DNA from: an uncultured Verrucomicrobiales bacterium
Lineage (GTDB): Bacteria; Verrucomicrobiota; Verrucomicrobiia; Verrucomicrobiales; DEV007
Length of the DNA: 55,605 nt
Assembly (NCBI GenBank): GCA_938091905.1
Contig: CALKOM010000073.1
Location: 1 to 55,605 of the forward strand
Reading direction: 5' to 3'
Made by a program: the position numbers and the translations under genes. Positions 48,159 through 55,605 of the stretch are shown piece by piece. The notes below the pieces were generated by a model. The model was not told the DNA's origin. It ran no database searches and saw only the letters and a list, made by a program, of their open reading frames with translations. Each line of letters opens with the position of its first letter. Position 1 is the first letter of the stretch.

Positions 48159-50960
48159 ATGGTCCGGCAAGCTGCCTTCATTCTCACCCTTCTCCTAGCG
48201 TGTAATCAGGCTCCGGATGGTCCAGAACCAAACGCCAAAGCAGCCAAAGTTCACCGGGTTCTCGTCAAACGCCCCTCCCCTGGCTACCTCTTCGATCGGT
48301 TCACTGATGCCTGGCTGGACACCGATTCCCACGAGTATCTCGAATCCTTTCTTCAGGCGCGTTCTTCCGATCCAGGGACCTCTGCAGACCGACTTCTTCT
48401 ATCATACTTCTATAGCAAACAACGGGAGAACCTCGATGCTCTGGAGCAGTTTCAACTCGCATTGGCCCTAGACCCTGGAAATGCCGAAGCCTGGTTGGAG
48501 AAAACCAAGTTGGAATCCCCCAGCCTCGAGTTCTCCCAAGCTCAAAACGACCTCGCCGAGGCTTCCAAAGCCAATCCGAAAGAGGATCTCCGCATCAAGA
48601 TTGCGAAACTGCAAGGCCAACTCAATCTTAGACTCGATCAAACTCAAGAAGCGTTAAAGGCGTGGCAACAGCTTCTCAAAGACCATCCAGAAGATGACGA
48701 TCTGTGGGAAGATCTCATTGATGTCCAAGCAAACGAAGGCCTCTACCAAGAAGCGATTCAAACGACGAATACGCTAATTGCCCGCACACAGGATCCCTAC
48801 CAACAAGCCATTCGCAGGCTTCAATTAGGCGGTCTATATCAACGCGCAGAGCAGCGAGAGCAGGCCTTGGAGACCTTTAACAAGACTCTCGAGCAGACCG
48901 GCGCAGACAGTTGGTTAGAGAAAGAAATCCTCGCCCAGATCGAGCGCGTGTTTCGCCGAGCCGAAGACATCACAGGTCTTGCCACCCATCTCCAGAAACT
49001 CATCGCAGCTCACCCTCGAAGACTCGCACTACACCTACGCCACGCGGATTTGCTAGTTGAGACCGGCACCAAGGAAGAAGCCACCGCAGCCTTCGAAGAG
49101 ATCCTGCGACGCACGCCCGGTGAACTACGCTTTCGTGAGGCCTATGTCGATATGCTAGAAGAGTTAAAAACGTTGCTCAGGCGATCAAACAACAGAACGT
49201 CCTCATTGAATCCAATCCGGAAGATGCCGAACTCCTCATGCGTCTCGCTGAACTCCATCACTCGTCAGGCAACCTTCCAAAGGCCCAGAACGCCCTCGAT
49301 GCTTACCTTGAACGATCTGAAAAGAGTGATTACGCCTATCTCCGTGTCGCCCGTTTACTTGAACGCTACCTCATGCCATAGGAAGCTGAGGCCACCTACA
49401 ACGTCCTAACTACATCATATCCTGAGAGCCAGGCCGCTTGGGAAGCCCACGCTGCGTTCCTGCACAGGAATGACCAAATACCTCACGCCCTCAAGATCTG
49501 GACCACCATGGCTGAGGGAGCTGATCGCTCCGAGCTCGTGCGAATCGCTCGGCTACTCTTCTCACGTCAGCAATCTCAAGCAGCCTTCAATCTGCTCCAG
49601 GCACGTCTCGAAGACTTTGCGCGGGATCCGATCTTTCTAAAAGACCTGTACCAGCTCGCCATTCGGCTAGAACGCCACACCGAGGGCATCCCCTGGGCAC
49701 GCAAACGTCTCTTACAGTCTTCCAATACATTCGAACTTGAGACGGCCATCAAGCAATTCGTCCGCATGGCCCACGGTGCCAACCAACTGCCAACGGTCGT
49801 CGCAGAGTTGCAGGCGACGGACAATCAATCACTCAATGAGAGCTGCCACTTGGCCAGTCGGTTCCCATCCATTCCCATTCCTTCAGGGCACCCCCGTCAA
49901 CTACAATCGCGACCTCGAAGCCAGCCTCCCAGAATTCCTAGCCGAAGTTGACGACCTCGATACTCGATTCTTCCTGGAACTTCTCTTCAAGAGTCAGGCC
50001 GACAATAAGGAGGAAGGCGCCACGCCAGAAAAGGAACGAACCGTGCGCCTACATGAGTTCCTACCACAACTCGCCGAGCACTCGATCACCCAGCACCGCC
50101 ATCTCAGGCGGTGCCTCACACTCACTCAACAGGAACCGCTCAGGTTCAGAGCCGAGTTGACACCAATGATTGATCGTGCCGTCAAAATCTCGATATCACC
50201 TCAGTGCTTCAAATCAAAGACAGCTCCCTCAAGCGTCAATGGATTGACCTCATCGGTCTTCGGATCGCCCACCACGCCGCTCTAGGAAATCCGGCTCCGT
50301 TTACGAACGCGATCAGTCTCCTAAAACCTCTACAACTGAAAGATCCCTATCAGAAACGCCAAACTCACAACAAATTGGCCGCGACCTTTGTCCAGGGGGC
50401 AACACATTTTAGCAAGCATGCCGAAGACCGGTCTACGCGAACAGCGCTCCTTCCAGCTTACCGGAGTCTCGCGTTTGACCGTGATATCCAGAAATCCACC
50501 TGGGTGCTCCAGGCGTTGGTCGCGTATGCCGAGTTCGAGAAACTTTCTGATTACGATGCCGCCTTTCAAACTCGTTTTGAAAAGCTAACACTGACGCGGC
50601 GCACCAGAACGCGCTCGGTCGCAAGCATCCTAGAACAAGTCTTGCCACCAGAGGGAAAACTCCCTGATGCCGAACGCATGCGCATCACGTTAGCCGTTTA
50701 CTAACATCCCCTGCTCAAGAATATTGATACCTCCCCCCTGCAGGGAATCACGATCGACGAGGTGTTCTCGGACGAAGATCTATTGGCATACCACGAGCTC
50801 ATTCTCTCAAAGACTTCAAACCACCGAGAAACGCTTTCCTACCTGCTTGCAGTAGCCGAACAGCTCGAGAAGCCCGGGGTCGTCAAAAGTTTAGACAAGC
50901 ACGCAGAGGCCATCTCAGACCAGCAAATCATTTCAGGTTTGCGAAACTCATCAAATTTGA
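48159..50960 (+). pseudogene. Large exported TPR protein, fragmented
   Basis: TPR repeats from 48159. Frameshift near 49165 into a frame with TAG at 49379-49381 that continues into ORF 49508. Further fragments at 49737, 50204 and 50762. End approximate. Confidence 0.82.
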
Positions 50961-51020
50961 GTCTTAGGCTCTTGATAATGCCATATTTATCATATACGAG
51001 GGTCAGCGTCGATCACGCTT

Positions 51021-51395
51021 ATGGCCTCTTCCCTCTCTTTCTCACCCAGCCAATCCCTCTCCCAGACCCGGATGATCGCGGGTCTCCTCGTGGGCGCCTT
51101 CCTCTTCCTTACCTACCGCATCATTAGTATCGAAGTGGCAGCCCGCCAAGGCGAGCCACTAATGCCGGCGAAAGCTCTTGTGCCCGCATCGACCGCACCT
51201 CAAAGTCTTCCCAAGGCGATCCAGACACTCAGCAAACCTCCCGAAGAGAAGTCGGGAGCCAAACCCCGCAAGCGCGCTCGAGAAGGCAGCCGACGCGAAT
51301 GGTATGAGCGTCGCAAACGCCGGTGGTTTACTCCACCCACGCCCAAGACAGACACCGGGCTTCCTCGCCGCCGGACGAGCTTCAAGATGGCTTAG
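51021..51395 (+). CDS. Small hypothetical membrane protein with basic C-terminus
   Basis: One hydrophobic helix (IAGLLVGAFLFLTYRII) followed by a Pro- and Arg-rich tail. Confidence 0.45.
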   Translation: MASSLSFSPSQSLSQTRMIAGLLVGAFLFLTYRIISIEVAARQGEPLMPAKALVPASTAPQSLPKAIQTLSKPPEEKSGAKPRKRAREGSRREWYERRKRRWFTPPTPKTDTGLPRRRTSFKMA

Positions 51396-51498
51396 TCTAA
51401 GGACCTTGCTGCCCAGCGCAGTCGACGAATTCCCTCGATTACTGCTGCCCTTGACTTCCCCCAAGGCGCTCGGCAAAATCGCACACACATATCTAGAC

Positions 51499-52581
51499 AT
51501 GGGACTAATGGACTTTATCAAAGGGGAGCTACTCGAGATCATCGAGTGGACGGACGATTCGCGAGACACCATTTGCTGGCGATTTCCGGATGAGGACAAG
51601 GCCATCAAGCGAGGCGCTCAACTGATCGTTCGCGAGTCTCAAATGGTCCAGTTCGTCTACCTCGGCGAGTTCGCTGATACCTTCGAACCTGGCAAACATG
51701 ACCTCTACACGGACAACATACCCGTTCTGACAAGACTGAAGTCATGGAAATACGGCTTCGATTCTCCTTTCAAGGCAGATGTCTACTACATCAACACGCG
51801 TCTCTTCACCGGGATGAAATGGGGCACGGCCAACCCGATCATGATGCGAGATCAGGACTTCGGCATCATTCGCGCCCGGGCCTACGGCATCTATGATTTC
51901 AAAGTCGTCGATCCCAAACGCTTCCTCAAAGAAGTCGCTGGTTCCGATCACAATTTCCGCGTGGACGAGTTCGCCGACACCATGCGTTCACGGATCATCA
52001 GTGTATTCACCGAAGCACTCGCCTCTTCGAATGTGCCCGTGTTAGACGTCGCTACTCGATACTCTGAGTTAGGCGATGCCCTCCTTCCACTAATCAATCC
52101 TGCCATGGTGTCGAAGTACGGCGTTGAAATCGCCAGCTTCATCGTCGAGAACATTTCCGTTCCCAAGGAAGTCGAAGACGCGATCGACAAGCGCTCGAGC
52201 ATGGCTGCCGTCGGGAATCTCAACGACTACGTGAAGTACCAGATGGCGGAAGGCCTCGGTCACCCCAGCGGTGGTGGCCCTGGAGGCATGGCTTCCGAGC
52301 TCGCCATCGGCATGGCGATGGCTCAGGAAATGATCAAAGGTCAAGGCGGCATCCTCGGTGGAAGACAAGCCACTCCCACAGCAGCAGCACCCGGACAGGC
52401 AACGCCGCCAGCAGTGGCCGCTTTACCGGAACTCATGAATCCAGAGCAAGTTGCCGAGGCACTCGGCGTGAGCGAAGCCGATGTCATGGCGATCCTTGAG
52501 TCAGGCGAACTAAAGTCCAAGAAGATTGGGAAGTCGTATCGCGTACTCAAATCGTCTCTCGACACCTTTCTAGCAGAATAA
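51499..52581 (+). CDS. SPFH/band-7 (YdjI-like) protein with C-terminal excisionase-type HTH
   Basis: LLEIIEW, GAQLIVRESQ, T.NIPVLT.L..WKYGFDSPFKADVYY and KWGT.NP. C-terminus LMNPEQVAEALGVS...GELKSKKIGKSYRV. ATG at 51499. Confidence 0.88.
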   Translation: MGLMDFIKGELLEIIEWTDDSRDTICWRFPDEDKAIKRGAQLIVRESQMVQFVYLGEFADTFEPGKHDLYTDNIPVLTRLKSWKYGFDSPFKADVYYINTRLFTGMKWGTANPIMMRDQDFGIIRARAYGIYDFKVVDPKRFLKEVAGSDHNFRVDEFADTMRSRIISVFTEALASSNVPVLDVATRYSELGDALLPLINPAMVSKYGVEIASFIVENISVPKEVEDAIDKRSSMAAVGNLNDYVKYQMAEGLGHPSGGGPGGMASELAIGMAMAQEMIKGQGGILGGRQATPTAAAPGQATPPAVAALPELMNPEQVAEALGVSEADVMAILESGELKSKKIGKSYRVLKSSLDTFLAE

Positions 52582-52606
52582 TTAGAAACAAAGTGAATCC
52601 TATCCC

Positions 52607-52630
52607 GGAGGGCTGCGCTCCGTCGCAGCC
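52607..52630 (+). repeat. REP-like element (GGAG tag + hairpin)
   Basis: GGAG followed by GGCTGCG-CTCCGT-CGCAGCC (7-bp perfect stem). Confidence 0.5.
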
Positions 52631-52676
52631 GTGATAACTTGAAGAAGCGGCCATACCCCGGCCTAACAATGCCTGC

Positions 52677-53780
52677 ATGAGTAGCGATACCACCGCTCTC
52701 AAGAAACACTCGTGCGCTGCTTGCGGTGCTCAAGCCGAGTGGAATCCTAGCAAACGCGCCCTGATTTGCCCTTATTGCGGAACCGTTTCCCCAGCGGAAC
52801 TGGAAACGGATTCCGGTCTGATACAGGAACACGATCTCGTCGAGGCACTACGTGATCTGCCGAATGACAAACGGGGATGGCTAACAGATCGCCGCACAGT
52901 CAAGTGCCAGAGCTGCAAGGCGGTCTCCGTCTTTGACCCCACACGAGTGGGTCAGAACTGTGACTTCTGCGGGTCCCCCGAACTTGTCGACTACGATGAA
53001 ATCAAAGCACCCGTTCGTCCCGAAAGCCTGCTCCCTTTCAAGGTCGACAAAGAGAGGGTTCACAACATCATCAAACATTGGTTAGGCAAGCGCTGGCTCG
53101 CTCCCAATGCTCTCAAGCGTCGCTGCCTTGTAGACACCGTCATCGGCGTCTACATCCCCTACTGGACCTTCGATTCCAAAGTCTACTGCCCCTGGACCGC
53201 CGAGTCAGGAGACTACTATTACACCACGGAAACCTACCGCGATTCGAATGGGAATCGGCGCACTCGACAGGTCAGGCACACCCGTTGGTACAATTCCAGT
53301 GGTTCCATCCGTCACATCTTCGATGACGTCCTCATCACCGGCACCCATGTGGTCGACCCGCGTTACTTGCCAAAAATCGAGCCCTTCCCAACCACGGAAC
53401 TCGTGCCCTACGACACCGGCTATCTCTCCGGCTGGATCGTCGAACACTATCAAGTGGTCTTGCTGGAAGCAGCCAAAGCCGCCCGCGCCAAGAAAGACGC
53501 CTTTGTCAAAGGTCTCTGCGCCCGAGAAGTCCCAGGAGACACCTACAGACGTCTGAAAATCTTTCCCGACTACTCAGAACCAACTTTCAAACACATCCTC
53601 GTTCCCGTTTGGATTCTCAACTACGACTACGGTCGATCCCGCCATCAAGTCCTCATCAATGGCTACACCGGACGCCTGGCAGGAAGTTACCCCAAGAGTG
53701 CCTGGAAGATCTTTTTCCTAACCCTTGCTATCATACTCGCCGTCGCCCTCTTCATCTTCCTAGCGAACATGAATGCGTAA
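52677..53780 (+). CDS. Double zinc-ribbon membrane protein (YdjG-like)
   Basis: CAACGA, CPYCG, CQSC, CDFCGS, GVYIPYWTFD, LVPVW and INGYTG, with a C-terminal TM. Confidence 0.85.
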   Translation: MSSDTTALKKHSCAACGAQAEWNPSKRALICPYCGTVSPAELETDSGLIQEHDLVEALRDLPNDKRGWLTDRRTVKCQSCKAVSVFDPTRVGQNCDFCGSPELVDYDEIKAPVRPESLLPFKVDKERVHNIIKHWLGKRWLAPNALKRRCLVDTVIGVYIPYWTFDSKVYCPWTAESGDYYYTTETYRDSNGNRRTRQVRHTRWYNSSGSIRHIFDDVLITGTHVVDPRYLPKIEPFPTTELVPYDTGYLSGWIVEHYQVVLLEAAKAARAKKDAFVKGLCAREVPGDTYRRLKIFPDYSEPTFKHILVPVWILNYDYGRSRHQVLINGYTGRLAGSYPKSAWKIFFLTLAIILAVALFIFLANMNA

Positions 53781-53785
53781 GTAGC

Positions 53786-53807
53786 GTAGCTTGGGCTTCA
53801 GCTCAAG
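53786..53807 (+). repeat. REP-like element (GTAG tag + hairpin) between convergent genes
   Basis: GTAG followed by CTTGGGC-TTCA-GCTCAAG (7-bp stem with one G-T pair). Confidence 0.55.
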
Positions 53808-53828
53808 TCCCTGGCATGGACAGCTTCT

Positions 53829-54767
53829 CTAGTTCGCCGCCTTCTCGAACCTGACACTAGGATAAGTCTTCAACTCAACTTGATGCCGACCACTCACCTT
53901 GCCCTTAAACCGTAAGCGATCTCCATCGACGACCACACCTTGCAATGGATGACCGGTCACCCAGATCGTGCCGAAGATCTGCCCGCGAAACTGCGGCACC
54001 GGCTTTCCCGCACTGTCATAAATCATCCCCCCAATACGTTGGTAACCTTTACCCGCGATTCCCGTAGGATCATCCACCATTAAAGAAACACCATCCTTAC
54101 TCACTGTCGTGACCAGCCCTTCCACCGTCACCACTGGCATGTTACGCAGCGCCTTTCGCTCATCCATTGCCTTCAGCGCAGCGACCGCTTGCTCCGTCCG
54201 TTTCGTCTTGCCCAAAGCAGCCTCTTTCTCAGCCTGGTTTGGGTCCATGCCATACGCTTTCACCAATGCTGGCGGCAAAAGGTGTGCGGGCACGTTGGCT
54301 GCCCCCGTACTATGAAAAATCGTCAGAGTCGTCTTGTTCCAGCTATGCACCTGATAGCTCTTAAGAATTCGACCATCTTTCAACACAAGATCGAACGGAT
54401 TGTCACCGCCACTCGGTCCCACCAATGATGTATCAACAGCCACTTCACCAGAAACAACCGGCAATTCAGGAGGCACTTCTGCCGTCACCGCATCCCCAAT
54501 AACGGCCCCGACCGCACCACCTGAAACACCAGCCTCAGCAGTCGCGGCTGCCCCAGGCTCCGGCAACCACGGCAACTCAGCCACAGGCTTCGCTTCCTCG
54601 GATTGTTCCAGCTTCGCCTCAAGAGTCGGCGCCTCCGAAAACAATTCCTCCACCGGCTCGGCGCTGGGCTCCACAACAGGGCCTTCTTGCGTATAAGCAA
54701 AGCCAATAGCCAAACAGCCAGCGGCAGGAATGATCAGGCGGGCAACATAGTCAGAGGAGAGAATCAT
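53829..54767 (-). CDS. Hypothetical exported protein
   Basis: Signal peptide, acidic Pro/Ala/Glu-rich linker, LVLKDGR module and a beta-rich (OB-like) C-terminus. Confidence 0.7.
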   Translation of the reverse strand: MILSSDYVARLIIPAAGCLAIGFAYTQEGPVVEPSAEPVEELFSEAPTLEAKLEQSEEAKPVAELPWLPEPGAAATAEAGVSGGAVGAVIGDAVTAEVPPELPVVSGEVAVDTSLVGPSGGDNPFDLVLKDGRILKSYQVHSWNKTTLTIFHSTGAANVPAHLLPPALVKAYGMDPNQAEKEAALGKTKRTEQAVAALKAMDERKALRNMPVVTVEGLVTTVSKDGVSLMVDDPTGIAGKGYQRIGGMIYDSAGKPVPQFRGQIFGTIWVTGHPLQGVVVDGDRLRFKGKVSGRHQVELKTYPSVRFEKAAN

Positions 54768-54850
54768 CGCAGTAAAGTATGGTTTCAGTGAAACCTATCA
54801 GCGCTCTCTTCAGGATGCCAGCATTTGCACGCTGAAGCTGAGAAGCAGGC

Positions 54851-55414
54851 CTACTTCCGCCTAAGAAACTTGATCTGCATGAACTTGACAAAGCCATCCT
54901 TCTCCTTGGCCGGAACCGACAACACAAGCAGCCGCTCGTTAGCAGTCCTCTCGGTAATCAACGTCTTGTTCACCATCGGCTTTCCGTCAGGCCCCTTGAC
55001 GTTTGTCGTCCATGAGAGGGTCTTCGACTCGCTATCATAGTCGCCAGTCATGCTTGCAGCGTACGGACCATGATCGATGACCTTGCCAACTAACTTTCCC
55101 TTGTCCAGATCGTAGCCCACGATGGAATGGACTTTCATCGTCTGGCTATTGATTTCTGTATCCAAATCGGAAGCAATCCAATACTCACCAAAGGCGCGAT
55201 TCGTTTCCGCACCTTTAAACGTCATGGAAGGCGAGTCCAAGCCCACCGGCCAAACCTCAAACTCCGCATCCCAAATTCCTATCGAGGCCTTCAGTACCTG
55301 GAGTTCCTTCGGCTTCGACTTGGCTTCTTCCTCACCACTGCAAGGAAAGGTCACGCCAAAAACAAAGGATGCGAAAAGAGTGAGTCGAGCCAGAACGATG
55401 ATAGTATCTCTCAT
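54851..55414 (-). CDS. DUF1579-like exported protein
   Basis: Signal peptide; L...IGIWDAE, GAET and IVGYD..KGKLVG pattern. Confidence 0.72.
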   Translation of the reverse strand: MRDTIIVLARLTLFASFVFGVTFPCSGEEEAKSKPKELQVLKASIGIWDAEFEVWPVGLDSPSMTFKGAETNRAFGEYWIASDLDTEINSQTMKVHSIVGYDLDKGKLVGKVIDHGPYAASMTGDYDSESKTLSWTTNVKGPDGKPMVNKTLITERTANERLLVLSVPAKEKDGFVKFMQIKFLRRK

Positions 55415-55469
55415 GAATTGCTGAGCGGTGGTTGTTTAGTGAGGGGCCAAGAATAGCGACTGGCATCTA

Positions 55470-55605
55470 GGGCTAATCCATTAATTCAGATTTTCACCCA
55501 AGTGCTTATAGCCCAGAGGTTTAGAAACGATTCGAAGTGAGAAGCTTTACGCTCGCGGCGGAGTTCCAATCTTGTCCACCGCCCCATTCTAGCAAAGACG
55601 TTTTC
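55470..55605 (-). mobile_element. IS5-family insertion sequence, 3' end of transposase plus right end (runs off window edge)
   Basis: 55605->55486 reads ENVFARMGRWTRLELRRERKASHFESFLNLWAISTWVKI*, matching the IS5-family C-terminal pattern E..F..L...R....R..K....F..F..L..I..W. The element end falls in CTAG at 55467-55470. Confidence 0.75.

Noticed and set aside
584..49381. Stop-codon reassignment or readthrough as the explanation for in-frame stops
   Set aside because: TAG, TAA and TGA all occur as interruptions, always alongside frameshifts, and all three terminate intact genes normally.
51178..51498. Extended N-termini proposed by the ORF track (also 43745, 43956, 29787, 36507, 23197)
   Set aside because: The extensions overlap neighbouring genes or precede the family-typical N-terminus, so downstream ATGs were chosen.
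55502..55587. tRNA-like look (GTGCTTATAGCCCAGAGG...GTTCCAATC...CCA)
   Set aside because: The acceptor and T stems do not pair, and the region is explained by the IS5 transposase C-terminus on the opposite strand.

Overview
55.6-kb bacterial chromosomal segment. Gene content and protein styles suggest Verrucomicrobiota (inference). Both edges run into IS5-family transposase fragments missed by the ORF track: a 5' part at the left edge and a 3' part at the right edge, both on the minus strand and both next to a CTAG. Intact housekeeping genes (yggS, thyA, thiL, sufU, sppA, der, a D,D-carboxypeptidase) are interspersed with four decayed genes: a trypsin-like protease, an alpha/beta hydrolase, an extended ECF sigma factor and a large TPR protein. 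The best candidate for an undescribed system is a tightly coupled minus-strand operon at 18949-21637. It encodes a re-engineered Hsp70 triad: an FHA domain fused to a GrpE-like head, a lid-less Hsp70 with a non-canonical linker, and a J-domain-like protein lacking HPD. A short upstream motif is shared by two of its genes and, less exactly, by a nearby 1835-aa repeat-built coiled-coil gene. Other notable items are a coiled-coil/AT-hook/winged-helix nucleoid-protein candidate, an orphan ABC-3C/Lamassu-type ATPase, an SPFH-HTH fusion with a zinc-ribbon partner, a T4-lysozyme-like lipoprotein, a sigma-54 activator with Glu at the phospho-acceptor site, and three REP-like palindromes. No rRNA, tRNA or CRISPR array was seen. 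All family assignments come from motif recognition by eye; no searches were run.
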